This document shows, one piece after another, positions 10,711 to 21,900 of a stretch of DNA of 64,000 nt (positions are counted from its first letter, which is position 1; every line of letters starts with the position of its first letter). The stretch spans positions 676 to 64,675 of the forward strand of contig DASRKB010000237.1 of NCBI GenBank assembly GCA_035649175.1, read 5' to 3'. Origin of the DNA: Burkholderiales bacterium. GTDB lineage: Bacteria; Pseudomonadota; Gammaproteobacteria; Burkholderiales; SG8-39. Below the pieces are notes generated by a model. The model searched no databases. It was not told the origin of the DNA and saw only the letters and a list, made by a program, of their open reading frames with translations. Made by a program: the position numbers and the translations under genes.

Positions 10711-12795
10711 ATGAGCGACGTCCTCCATTACGCCGTCCGCGACGGCATCGCAGTCCTTTCCATGAACAACCCGCCGGTCAACGGCCTCTCGAACGCGCTG
10801 CGTGCGGCGCTGATGGAGAGCCTGAAGAAGGCCGAGGCGGACACCGCGGTCAAGGCGGTGGTGATCACCGGCTCGGCAAAGGCCTTCTCCGGCGGCGCCG
10901 ACATCCGCGAGTTCAACAAGCCGCGCGTCAAGCCCGACCTGCCGGACGTCAACGACCAGCAGGACGCGATGTCGAAGCCGCTCGTCGCGGCCATCGGCGG
11001 TTTTGCGCTCGGGGGAGGCCTCGAGCTCGCGCTCGGTTGCCACTACCGCGTCGCCGCCCCGCGCACGCAGCTCGGTCTGCCCGAGGTCAAGCTCGGCATC
11101 CTGCCCGGCTCCGGCGGCACCCAGCGCCTGCCGCGCCTCATCCCCATGGCGGTGGCCGTCGAGATGATGACCACCGGCAATCCCATCAGCGCCGAGAAGG
11201 CGAATGCCCTCGGCCTGGTCGACGAAGTCGCACAGGGGGATCTGCTGGAAAGCGCGCTGGCCTTCACGAAATCGATTCTTGGGAAGCCCCTGAAGCGCGT
11301 GCGCGACATGAAAGCGAAGCTCGAGGGCGACCCGAAGGCCTTTTTCGCACAGGTCCGGGAGCAAGTGAAGAAAGCTTCGCGCGGCTATCCCGCGCCGCTC
11401 GTCATCGTCGACTGCGCCGAGGCCTCGCTCAAGCCCTTCGACGAGGGCCGCAAGTCCGAGCGCGAGGGCTTCGTCAAGCTGGTCGACTCGACCGAATCGA
11501 AGGCGCTGCGCCACATGTTCTTCGCCGAGCGCCAAACCACCAAGATCCCGGACGTCCCCGAGGATACGCAGACACGCGAGATCGGCAAGGCAGCGGTGAT
11601 CGGCGCGGGCACCATGGGCGGGGGCATCGCCATGGCCTTCGCCAATGCCGGCATCCCGGTGACGCTTGTCGACGTGTCGGAGGACGCGGTGGTCAAGGGC
11701 ATGGCGAAGATCAAGGGCAACTACGCCGCCACCGTGTCCAAGGGACGCCTGGCGCAGGCGGACATGGACAAGCGTATGACGCTCATCACGCCGACCATCA
11801 ACCTCGGCCAGGCCGCCGACGCCGACATCGTGATCGAGGCCGTCTTCGAGCGCATGGACGTGAAGAAGGACATGTTCAAGAAACTCGACGGCATCATGAA
11901 GCAGGGAGCGATCCTCGCCACGAACACCTCGACGCTCGACATCGACGAGATCGCCGCCGTTACCACGCGGCCGCAGGAGGTCATCGGCACGCACTTCTTC
12001 TCGCCTGCGAATGTCATGCGCCTGCTCGAGGTGGTGCGCGGCGAGAAGACCGGCAAGGGCGTGCTCGCCACCACGATGAAGCTCGGCAAGCGCCTGAAGA
12101 AGGTGCCCGTGGTCTCGGGCGTGTGCGACGGCTTCATCGGCAACCGTATGCTCGAGAAGTACGGCCAGCAGAGCCTGTTCCTCATCGACGAGGGCGCGAG
12201 CCCGCAGCAGGTCGACAACGCCCTGCGCAAGTTCGGCATGGCCATGGGCCCGTTCACCATGTACGACATGGCGGGCAACGACATCGGCTGGGAAGTGCGC
12301 AAGCGCCGCTACCAGCAGCGCCCGGACTTCGTCTACTCCAAGGTCGCCGACCGCATTTGCGAGCTCGGCCGCTTCGGCCAGAAGACCGCCAAGGGCTGGT
12401 ATCGATACGAGCCCGGCGACCGCAAGCCCCTCCCGGATCCTGCCGTGGATGACATCATCCAGAAGTACAGGAGCGAGATCGGGGTCAAGCCGCGCCAGAT
12501 TTCCGACGAGGAGATCGTCGAGCGCTGCATCTACGCGCTGGTCAATGAGGGTGCGCACATCCTCCAGGAAGGCATCGCGCTGCGCGCCTCCGACGTCGAC
12601 ATGGTGTACCTGACCGGCTACGGCTTCCCGCCCTACCGCGGCGGCCCGATGTTCTACGCCGATACGATAGGTTTGAGAAACGTTCTGAATTCAATTGAAC
12701 GTTTTCAGCAAGGTTACAAGGGCGAACAGTGGAAGCCAGCGCCCCTGCTTATGAAACTCGCCAAGGAAGGAGGAAAGTTCAATGGCCAACAGTAG
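10711..12795 (+). CDS. bifunctional enoyl-CoA hydratase / 3-hydroxyacyl-CoA dehydrogenase (FadB/FadJ-like), 694 aa
   Basis: Track ORF 10711..12795. The N-terminus is crotonase-like ([19 protein letters not shown]...[18 protein letters not shown]). The central Rossmann motif is [24 protein letters not shown], with a 3HCDH C-terminal domain. Confidence 0.93.
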   Translation: MSDVLHYAVRDGIAVLSMNNPPVNGLSNALRAALMESLKKAEADTAVKAVVITGSAKAFSGGADIREFNKPRVKPDLPDVNDQQDAMSKPLVAAIGGFALGGGLELALGCHYRVAAPRTQLGLPEVKLGILPGSGGTQRLPRLIPMAVAVEMMTTGNPISAEKANALGLVDEVAQGDLLESALAFTKSILGKPLKRVRDMKAKLEGDPKAFFAQVREQVKKASRGYPAPLVIVDCAEASLKPFDEGRKSEREGFVKLVDSTESKALRHMFFAERQTTKIPDVPEDTQTREIGKAAVIGAGTMGGGIAMAFANAGIPVTLVDVSEDAVVKGMAKIKGNYAATVSKGRLAQADMDKRMTLITPTINLGQAADADIVIEAVFERMDVKKDMFKKLDGIMKQGAILATNTSTLDIDEIAAVTTRPQEVIGTHFFSPANVMRLLEVVRGEKTGKGVLATTMKLGKRLKKVPVVSGVCDGFIGNRMLEKYGQQSLFLIDEGASPQQVDNALRKFGMAMGPFTMYDMAGNDIGWEVRKRRYQQRPDFVYSKVADRICELGRFGQKTAKGWYRYEPGDRKPLPDPAVDDIIQKYRSEIGVKPRQISDEEIVERCIYALVNEGAHILQEGIALRASDVDMVYLTGYGFPPYRGGPMFYADTIGLRNVLNSIERFQQGYKGEQWKPAPLLMKLAKEGGKFNGQQ

Positions 12796-13972
12796 AAATG
12801 AGGCCGTCATCGTTTCCACCGCAAGGACGCCGCTGTGCAAGTCCTGGCGCGGCGCGCTCAACCTGACGCACGGCGCGAAGATGGGCGGGCACGTGGTGCA
12901 CGCCGCGATCGAGCGCGCCAAGGTCGCGCCCGCCGAGGTCGACGACGTGGTCATCGGCTGCGCCAATCCGGAGGGCGCGACCGGCTGGAACATCGCGCGG
13001 CAGATCGCCATCCGCGCCGGCTGCCCGGACACCGTGCCCGGGATGACGGTGAACCGCTTCTGCTCCTCCGGCCTGCAGACCATCGCGCTCGCGAGCCAGC
13101 GCATCATGACCGGTGAGGGCGATGTCTTCGTCGCGGGAGGCGTCGAGTCGATCTCGATGGTGCAGAACGAGATGAACAAGCACCACTTCCAGGACGAGTG
13201 GCTGCACCGGCACAAGCCCGAGACCTACTGGCCGATGCTGCAGACCGCCGAGTACGTGGCGAAGCGCTACGAGATCCCGCGCGAGAAGCAGGACGCGTTC
13301 GGCGTGCAGAGCCAGCAGCGGGCCGCGAAAGCGCGCGCCGAGGGCAAGTTCAAGGACGAGATCGTGCCGATCACCACGAAGATGAAGGTGGTCGACAAGA
13401 ACACCGGCCAGGAGACCGTCAGGGAGGTCAGCTCGAGCGAGGACGAGGGCATCCGCCCGGACACGACCTACGAGGGCGTGTCGCAGATCAAGCCCGCGAT
13501 CGAGGGCGGCTGCGTCGCGGCGGGCAATGCCAGCCAGTTTTCGGACGGCGCTTCTGCCTGCGTAGTGATGTCCTCCGCAGAAGCGTCGAGGCGCGACCTC
13601 AAGCCGTTGGGCATCTTCCGCGGCTTCGCGGTTGCCGGCTGCGACCCGCGCGAGATGGGAATTGGACCGGTTTTCGCCGTTCCAAAACTATTGGAAAGCG
13701 CTGGAAAGCGCGTGGCCGACATCGACCTCTGGGAGTTGAACGAGGCCTTCGCGGTCCAGGTCATCTACTGCCGCGACCGTCTCGGCATCCCGAACGACCG
13801 GCTCAACGTCAACGGCGGCGCGATCGCGGTCGGCCATCCCTACGGCATGTCCGGCGCCCGCCTCGTCGGCCACGCGCTGATCGAAGGCAAGCGCCGCGGC
13901 GCGAAGCTCGTCGTCGTGACCATGTGCATCGGCGGCGGCATGGGCGCGGCCGGGCTCTTCGAAGTCGCGTGA
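12782..13972 (+). CDS. acetyl-CoA C-acyltransferase (thiolase), 396 aa
   Basis: Track ORF 12782..13972. Active-site region [14 protein letters not shown]-terminal [20 protein letters not shown] and [23 protein letters not shown] is present. It overlaps the fadB-like 3' end by 14 nt. Confidence 0.93.
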   Translation: MANSRNEAVIVSTARTPLCKSWRGALNLTHGAKMGGHVVHAAIERAKVAPAEVDDVVIGCANPEGATGWNIARQIAIRAGCPDTVPGMTVNRFCSSGLQTIALASQRIMTGEGDVFVAGGVESISMVQNEMNKHHFQDEWLHRHKPETYWPMLQTAEYVAKRYEIPREKQDAFGVQSQQRAAKARAEGKFKDEIVPITTKMKVVDKNTGQETVREVSSSEDEGIRPDTTYEGVSQIKPAIEGGCVAAGNASQFSDGASACVVMSSAEASRRDLKPLGIFRGFAVAGCDPREMGIGPVFAVPKLLESAGKRVADIDLWELNEAFAVQVIYCRDRLGIPNDRLNVNGGAIAVGHPYGMSGARLVGHALIEGKRRGAKLVVVTMCIGGGMGAAGLFEVA

Positions 13973-14895
13973 AAATCGCGATTGTTGGAACCGGAGCCAT
14001 GGGCTCGGTGTATGCCGGGCTCTTCGCCTCCGCGGGCCACGAAGTCTGGGCGATCGACGCCTGGCTCGATCATGTCGAGGCGATGAGGAAGAACGGACTT
14101 CGCCTCGAAGGCGCCTCTGGTGACCGCACGGTAAAGGTTCACGCCACGACCGATGCAAAGGAGGCCGGCCCCTGCGACCTGGTCGTCCTCGCCACGAAGG
14201 CGATGCACGTCTCCCAGGCCGCTTCTTCTTTGAAACCTTTGCTGAAGCCCGACACACCCGTTCTTTCGATCCAGAACGGCCTCGGCGGGCCCGAGACGGC
14301 CGCTTCCGTCCTGGGGAAAGACAAGGTCATGGTCGGCGTCGTCGGCGGCTTTGGCGCTTCCATCAAGGCGCCGGGCCACGCGCACCACAACGGCATGGAG
14401 CTCGTGCGCCTGGGCGAGTTTGGCGGTCCCATCACGCCGCGGCTGAAGAAGGTGGAAGACGCCTGGAAAGGCGCGGGCTTCAAGGTGAAGCTGTTCGACG
14501 ACATCGACCAGCTCGTCTGGGAGAAGCTGATCTGCAACTGTGCCTACTCCGGCCCCTGCGGCCTCGCGGAGGGCACCATCGGGGAGGTGATGGCCGACCC
14601 CGACCTCTCGGCGATCTCAGCGGCTTGCGCGAGCGAAGGCTTTGCCGTGGCGAAGAAGAAAGGCGTAAAGCTCGGCTTCGACGACCCGGTGGCCTACGTG
14701 CGCGAGTTCGGCTCCAAGATTCCCAGCGCACGGCCCTCCGTGCTTCTGGATCTGCTGCTGAAGAAGAAGTCCGAAATCGACGTCATCAACGGCTCCATCC
14801 CGCGCGAGGCGAAGAAGCTCGGCATGGAGGCGCCAGTCAACGACACCGTCACCCGGCTCGTGCGCGCCAAGGAGCGGCGGCTGGGCTGCACCTAG
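13969..14895 (+). CDS. 2-dehydropantoate 2-reductase family (ApbA/PanE-like) oxidoreductase, 308 aa
   Basis: C-terminal part of track ORF 13198..14895, from the GTG at 13969 ([27 protein letters not shown]..., a GxGxxG Rossmann motif). GTGA overlap with the thiolase stop. The physiological substrate is not inferable. Confidence 0.8.
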   Translation: MKIAIVGTGAMGSVYAGLFASAGHEVWAIDAWLDHVEAMRKNGLRLEGASGDRTVKVHATTDAKEAGPCDLVVLATKAMHVSQAASSLKPLLKPDTPVLSIQNGLGGPETAASVLGKDKVMVGVVGGFGASIKAPGHAHHNGMELVRLGEFGGPITPRLKKVEDAWKGAGFKVKLFDDIDQLVWEKLICNCAYSGPCGLAEGTIGEVMADPDLSAISAACASEGFAVAKKKGVKLGFDDPVAYVREFGSKIPSARPSVLLDLLLKKKSEIDVINGSIPREAKKLGMEAPVNDTVTRLVRAKERRLGCT

Positions 14896-14910
14896 AGAAA
14901 GGCATTCGTC

Positions 14911-15966
14911 ATGGCGAGATACGCGAACATCTGCGAAACCGTCGGCAACACGCCGGTCGTGAAGATCGGCAAGCTGGCGCCGGCCGGTGTGGACCTCCAC
15001 GTAAAGATCGAGGCGTTCAACCCGCTCGGCTCGGTGAAGGACCGCCTGGCGCTCGGGGTGATCGAGGACGCGGAGCGCACCGGCAAGCTCAAGCCCGGGC
15101 AGACGGTGATCGAGGCGACAAGCGGCAACACCGGTATCGGCCTCGCCATGGTCTGCGCGCAGAAGGGCTACCCGCTCGTCGTCACCATGGCCGAGAGCTT
15201 CAGCGTCGAGCGGCGCAAGCTCATGCGCTTCCTCGGCGCCAAGGTGGTGATCACCCCCGCCGCAGAGCGAGCGACCGGCATGGTGAAGAAGGCCATCGAG
15301 CTTGCCCAGGCCAACGGCTGGTTCCTCACCCGGCAGTTCGAGAACGAGGCGAACGCCGACTACCACTCGCGCACCACCGCCCAGGAGATCGTGCGGGACT
15401 TTCAGGGACAGCGCCTCGACTACTGGGTGACGGGCTTCGGCACCGGCGGCACGCTGAAGGGCGTGGCGCGCGTGCTCGCCAAGGAGCGGCCGGAGACGAA
15501 GATCGTCGTCTGCGAGCCCGCCGACGCCCCGATGCTCACCAACGGCGCCGTGCAGGAGCGCAACCCCGACGGCACGCCGGCGAAGGGAAACGCCTCCTGG
15601 AAGCCGCACCCGATGCAGGGCTGGAGCCCCGACTTCGTGCCCAAGCTCACCGGAGACGCGGTCGACATGAAGGTGATCCACAAGGTGCTCACGGTCACCG
15701 GACCCGACGCCATGCGCTGCTCGAAGGATCTCGCGCAGAAGGAGGGCATCTTCGTCGGCATCACCGGCGGCGGCACCTTTGCCGCGGCGCTCCAGGTATG
15801 CAAGGAAGCGCCGAAGGGCTCGTCGATCCTCTGCATGCTGCCCGACACCGGCGAGCGCTATCTTTCCACGCCGCTTTTTGCCGATGTTCCGGCCGACATG
15901 ACCGAGGAAGAGCTCGCCATCATGCGCTCGACCCCGAGCTGCCACCTGCCGCCGAAGGCCAGCTAG
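14911..15966 (+). CDS. cysK: cysteine synthase A / O-acetylserine sulfhydrylase family (PLP-dependent), 351 aa
   Basis: Track ORF 14911..15966. NTPVVKI...EAFNPLGSVKDRLALGVI (PLP lysine motif), EATSGNTGIGLA, LPDTGERYLSTPLF. It has a C-terminal tail of about 35 aa. Its stop overlaps the convergent kinase stop. Confidence 0.88.
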   Translation: MARYANICETVGNTPVVKIGKLAPAGVDLHVKIEAFNPLGSVKDRLALGVIEDAERTGKLKPGQTVIEATSGNTGIGLAMVCAQKGYPLVVTMAESFSVERRKLMRFLGAKVVITPAAERATGMVKKAIELAQANGWFLTRQFENEANADYHSRTTAQEIVRDFQGQRLDYWVTGFGTGGTLKGVARVLAKERPETKIVVCEPADAPMLTNGAVQERNPDGTPAKGNASWKPHPMQGWSPDFVPKLTGDAVDMKVIHKVLTVTGPDAMRCSKDLAQKEGIFVGITGGGTFAAALQVCKEAPKGSSILCMLPDTGERYLSTPLFADVPADMTEEELAIMRSTPSCHLPPKAS

Positions 15967-18900
15967 CGAAGCGGCAGCTTCACCGTAAAGGTCGAGCCCT
16001 TGCCGGGCTCGCTCTCGAGCGCAATCTCGCCGCCGTGCAGCTCGACCAGGCGCTTGGTCAGGGCAAGCCCGAGCCCGGTGCCCTCGGCCTTGCGGGTGTA
16101 GTCGGCGCCGACCTGCTTGAACTCCTCGAACACCGCCGGCTGGTCCTCCGCCGCGATGCCGACACCGGTGTCCTTCACCGCGATCTCCACCTTGTCGGTA
16201 TCGAGCTTCGCGACCACGTCCACCCTTCCGCCATCGGGCGTGAACTTCACGGCGTTGGAGAGCAGGTTGAGCAGGATCTGCTTCACCTTGCGCTCGTCGG
16301 CCTCGAAGCCGCCGAGCCGCGGATCGATCTGCATCCCGAGCTGAATGCCGTGGCGCTGTGCGCGCTCGCGCACCAGCGTCATGGCGTTCGAGATAGCGCT
16401 TGGCAGGTGGAAGCTGGAAAGCTCGAGCTCCATGCGCCCCGCCTCGATCTTCGAGAGGTCGAGGATGTCGTTGATGAGCGAGAGCAGGTGCCGGCCCGAC
16501 TCGTGGATATCCTTCAGGTACTCGACCTGCTTCTCGTTCACTTCGCCGAACATCCTCTCGAGGAGCACCTCGGAGAAGCCGATGATGGCGTTGAGCGGCG
16601 TCCTCAGCTCGTGCGACATGTTGGCGAGGAAGTCCGACTTGTGCTTGTTCGCCACCTCGAGCTGCGCGCTCTTCTCCTGGATCTCGCGGAAGAGCCGCGC
16701 GTTCTGGATCGCGATCACCGCCTGATCGGCGAAAGTGCGCAGCTGCGCGACCTGCTTGTCCGTGAAAGGGCCCGACTGCGCGCGCGCCACCCAGATCGCG
16801 CCGATCCCCCTGCCCTCGAAGAGCATGGGCGCGAAGACGATGGCGCGAACGCCAAGGGTGCGGGATCCCGCCACCACCCCTGGCGGCACGCCCGGCGCCT
16901 CGATATCCGGGAAGTGCGCAATCGCGGCGTTGAGGATGGCCCAGCCCGTGCCGCTGTCGCGGGTCAACGGCAACGGATAGATTCTCTTCAGCCGCTCGCC
17001 TTCCGGACCGTGGTAGGCGACCAGCCGCACCGTGTCGCCGTCGGCCACTGTCACCCCGACCAGGTCGCCCTCGAAAAGTCGCTCGCAGCTCGTGAGAATC
17101 TTGTCGAAGACCGGCTTGGTGTCGGCGATCGAGCCGGAGATCGCGCCGAGCACTTCCGCAGAAGCCTTCTGCTGCTCGAGCGCCTCCTTCGTCTCGTTGA
17201 ACAGGCGCACGTTCTCGATGGCGATTACCGCCTGGTCGGCGAACGTGCGCATCAGCGCGAGCTGGGTCTCGGTGAAGGGACGCGCCTCGGCGCGCCGGAT
17301 CATGATCGAGCCGATCGCCGTCCCCTCACGTATGAGCGGCGTGGCGAGCAGCGTGCGGTAGCCGAACTCCCGCGCGATCTCGCTGCCGCGCGGGTACTCG
17401 CTCGCCTCGGCCTGCAGGTCCTCGACGTGGATCTGCCTCCCTTCAAGGATGGCTCTCCCGGTGACGAGCTCCCGGGAGAGCGGGCGCGTGCCACCGACGC
17501 CGACGTTGGGCAGGCTGCCATGGTGCGCGACGAAACGAACCGAGTCGCCCTCACGCAGCTGGATGATCGCGTCCGTCGCCTCGCACAACCGCGCCGCCGT
17601 AGCCGCGACCGCGTCCAGCACCGGCTGGATATTCGTCGGCGAGCCGCTGATCACCTTGAGGATGTCCGCGGTGGCCGTCTGCCGCTCGAGCGCCTCCTTC
17701 GTCTCGTTGAAGAGCCGCACGTTCTCGATGGCGATCACCGCCTGGTCTGCGAAAGTGGTGACCAAGCGAATCTGCGCGTCGGCGAAGGGCCTGACCTCGC
17801 GGCGGTAGATCACCACGGCGCCGATCACCCGGCCGTCCTTCAGCAGCGGCACGGCGAAGAAGGTCCGCGCCTTCAGCTTGTCGACCGTCAACACGCGCAG
17901 CCGGTCCCCCTTGGCCGTGTCGCTGTCGGCAAGCAAATCGGGGATGTGCACCGGGCGGCGCAACCGCACGAGCTTGGCGAAGCCCGTGTGCGGCCCCGCT
18001 TCCACCCGCCGGAACGCCTCGTACGCGCTCGGGTCGTCGCCCTTGTAGCTCACCATGGTCCAGCTTGCGTCCGGCTCCTGCAGGAAGAGCCCACCGAGGT
18101 GCGCGTCGCAGAGCCGGATCGCCTTGTCGAGGATCGTTTCGAATACCGGCTGGACGTCGGTCGGCGACTCGGAGATCACCCGCAGGATGTCCGCCGTCGC
18201 GGTCTGCCGCTCGAGCGCCTCATTCGTCTCGTTGAAAAGGCGCACGTTCTCGATGGCAATGGCCGCCTGGTCGGCGAACGTCTGGAGGAGCTCCACCTGG
18301 CCGGCAGGCGCATTCCCGGGTTCACGCCACGCGACCACCAGGGCGCCCAACGGCTTGCCACCCCGCAGCATCGGCGCGCCGAGCATGCGGCGCCAGTGTC
18401 CGGTGGCCACGGAATCCGGGTCGTAGTGCTCGTCTGCCGCGGAATCCGGGATCTGCACGACGGCCTTGGTGAGAATCGTGCGGCCGCTGAGCAGGTGAGG
18501 GTCGGGCGGAGACGGGTAGACCTTCGAGAAGTAATCGAGCGCCGCCTGCGGCCAATTGTGCGTGGCGGTCATGTGAACGAGCTTGCCGTCGAAGGAAAAC
18601 ACCGCAGCGAGCTCCGCGTCGCATAGCGTCACCGCGCTCCTCAGGATCGCGTTGAACACCGGCTTCACGTCGGCCGGCGAGCCGGCGATCACCTTCAGGA
18701 CCTCGCTCGTGGCCGTCTGGCGCTCAAGCGCCTCCTTCGTCTCGTTGAAGAGGCGCACGTTCTCGATGGCGATCACCGCCTGTGCGGCGAAGGTCCTGAG
18801 CAGGTCCTCATGCCGCTGCAGGATCGCCCCGGGCTGCGCCCATCCCACGGTGATGACGCCGATCGCCCGGCCCTCGCGCATCAGCGGCACGCCCAGGATG

Positions 18901-21900
18901 CGTCGATAGCGCAGCGCTGCCCCGAGCTCCTTGTCGTATCCCGTATCCGCGTGCGTATCCTCGATCCGTACGTCCGCGCCATCCAGGATGACTCGCCCCA
19001 CCACGCGCGAGCGGTCCGGCGCCGCCGGATACGACTGCTTCAGACGCTCGAGGAGCGCGTCGGGCCATCCATGGGACGCCGCCCAGTGGATGCGCTCCCC
19101 GTCGAAGCGGAACACGTTGGCGTAGACCGCGTCGCAAAGCCGGGTCGCGTTGCGTACGATCGCCTCGAACACCGGTCCCGTATCGGTCGGCGTGCTCGAA
19201 ATCACGTGCAGGATCTCGGCGGTGGCGGTCTGCTTCTCTAACGCCTCCTTCGTCTCGTTGAACAGGCGCGCGTTCTCGATCGCGATCACCGCCTGGTCGG
19301 CGAAGCTCCGGATGAGGTCCACTTCCCGTTCATGGAATGGCTTCGCCTCGGCATGCGCAACGCTGACCGCGCCGACGACCTTGCCCTGGAAGAGCATCGG
19401 CGTGAAGATGACTGAGTTGAAATCGAAGTCGCGGGCGAACTGCGCGGTAGCGCTCGGGGCCTCTGGATTGTCGCGCACCGGCGTGATCTGGACGGTGCGC
19501 TTGGACAGCATGGCGCGCCCTCCGATTGTCGTATCGTCGAGAGGCCGCGGATAGCGGGAGCGCAAGCCATCGATTTCCGGCCCGCCGTCCGCCGCCGGCA
19601 TCTCCACGATGTCGCCGCGCAGTATCTGCACGACCGCGTACCGGGCGCCGAACAGCCGACGCAGAATGCGCACGATGCTTTCGAAGACCGGCTGCGCATC
19701 GGTCATCGATCCGCTGATCGTAGAGAGGACCTCCGCAGTCGCCTTCTGCCACTCGAGCGCCTCCTTTGTCTCGTTGAAGAGCCGCACGTTCTCGATCGCG
19801 ATGACCGCCTGGTCCGCGAAGGTCTGGAGCAGGTCCTCATGCTCGCGGGGCACCGGGCCAGCCTCTCCCCAGGTGACGACGATGACACCGATCGGCGATC
19901 CGCCACGCATCAGCGGGACGGCGACGATGCGGCGCCATCCACCGGCCTTCGCGTGGCGCTGGTCGTATTCGGGATCGGCCAACGCGTCCTCCAGCCGCAC
20001 CACCGTCCCGGCGAGGATCGCCCTGCCCGCCATCTGCGACCGGTTGGGTGCCATGGGATAGCTCTCGCTCAACAGATCGCGATACCGAGCGCTGTCCAGG
20101 CTCGTGGCGACAAAGTGCAGCTTCTCGCCGTCGTAGCGAAAGACGTTGGCGAGTAGGCCGTTGCACAGCCGCGCGGCGTGGCGAACCATGGCGTCGAAGA
20201 CGGGTTGCACGTTCGTCTGCGACCGGGCGATCGTCTGCAGGATCTCGCTCGTCGCCGTCTGCCGTTCGAGTGTCTCCTTCGTCTCGTTGAACAGCCGAAC
20301 GTTCTCGATCGCAATGACGGCCTGGTCCGCGAAGGTCTCGAGAAGCTCGATCTGGTGGTTGCTGAACGTCCCGGGCTCGCGGCGCGTGACGGCGATGACG
20401 CCGGTGGCAACGCCCTCGCGCAACATCGGTACGGCGAGCAGGCTGCGCGAGCCGCGTTCGCGCGCGCCTTTGCGGTACTCGTCGGAGTACGCGGGATCGG
20501 TTTCCGCGTCGACGATCCAGGCCGGTTTGCCGGTGAGCACCGCCTTGCCGAACGCGCCTTGGCCCGTAATCTGCGTCGGGAAAAGCTTCCGGAGCGATTC
20601 GGCGCCGGCCTCGCGGAATGCGGTGTGCGCGACAAGATGCAGCATGTCTCCGACACGCCGAGCGACCGCCGCCGAGTTCGCGGCAAACAACTTCTGCGCG
20701 CTTCGCGCGATCGCGTCGAACACCGGCTGTGTATCGGCGGGCGAGCCCGCGATGACTTTCAGGATCTCGGCGGTGGCCGTCTGCCGCTCGAGAGCCTCCT
20801 TGGTCTCGTTGAAGAGACGCACGTTCTCGATGGCGATGACCGCCTGATTGGCGAAAGTGCGAAGCAGCTCGATCTGCTTCGGCGTGTATTGCCTGTTCTC
20901 GGCACCTTCGATGACGTTGATCGTCCCGATGCCTCTGCCATCACGAATCAACGGCGCGCACAGAACATTGCGGAAGCCGAAGCCAGCGGCGAGCGCTTTG
21001 GTGCGATCGGCGAGATCCATGTCCGCCCGCACATCGGGCACGTAGACAACCTCGCCGCTGAGAATCGCGCGCCCTGACACGCTGTGCGCGTTGAGCGGCA
21101 AGGGAAAGAGCTTCTCGTATTGGTCACGACTGCGCAGGCCTTGCTTCGTCGCGAACGCGGCAAGTTCGATGTTGCCCTCCCGCACCAGCGTCACCACCAC
21201 GCTCATCCCGCCGAAAAGATGCACGCAGCTCTGCGCTATCGAGTCGAACACCGGCTGAACGTCGCGCGGCGAGCCCGCGATGACGCCTAGGATGTCGCTC
21301 GTGGCCGTCTGCCGCTCCAGCGCCTCCCTCGTCTCGTTGAACAGCCGGGCGTTCTCGATGGCGATCACCGCCTGCGCGGCAAAAGCCTCGAACAAGGCGA
21401 GCTCCGTGGCGCCGAAGGGCTTGCCCTCCGGGCGCGTCGTGCCGATGGTGCCGATCGCCTTGCCGTCGAGCATGAGCGGCGCGTGCAGCATGGCGTTGTA
21501 GGCAAAGCTCTTCGCGAGCGCCACCGCCTGCGGGGTGGCCTTCGGGTTGCCGATGATCGGTGCGAGCTGCGAGACCCTGCCCGAGCGCAGCGCCTTGCCT
21601 GTGAATCCTTTCCAGTCGACACGCTGCGGGAAGGAGTCGCGGAACGCCCGGAACACATCGGCGTGCCGCTTCTCGAACTGCACGTCGCCCTTGGCGGCGC
21701 CCAGATGCAGCTCGTCGCCCTTGAGCAGGAACACCGCAGCGTAGCGTGTGCTGAAGAGGCGCAGCACGTTTCTCACGATCGCCTCGAAAACGGGCCGGGC
21801 CTCGCCAGTGGAGCGGCTGAGCGACGCGAGGATCTCGGCGGTGGCCGCCTGGTACCGCAGCGCCTGGTCGCGCTCGGCGAGCGCGCGCCGCAGGGGCGAG

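Noticed and set aside
10678-12558. 626-aa minus-strand ORF antisense to the fadB-like gene
   Set aside because: It is a shadow ORF with no motifs. The plus-strand gene has clear crotonase and 3HCDH signatures.
15860-15966. C-terminal extension of about 35 aa on CysK (ADVPADMTEEELAIMRSTPSCHLPPKAS)
   Set aside because: I recall similar acidic tails in cysteine synthases from other proteobacteria, so it is probably a normal family variant rather than a novelty.
14625-18626. 1333-aa ORF on the plus strand spanning cysK and the 3' half of the giant kinase gene
   Set aside because: Its composition is dominated by Arg/Ala/Gly/Leu/His/Asp runs with no recognisable motif. It lies antisense to a gene with an unambiguous multi-domain architecture, and out of frame through cysK. 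This is a typical GC3-driven shadow ORF.
16600-21900. Regularly spaced conserved 75-nt segments that could be mistaken for a CRISPR-like or satellite array
   Set aside because: The spacing is 510-528 bp, always a multiple of 3 and in frame. The conserved segment encodes the GAF-to-GAF linker helix. These are protein-domain repeats, not CRISPR or non-coding repeats.
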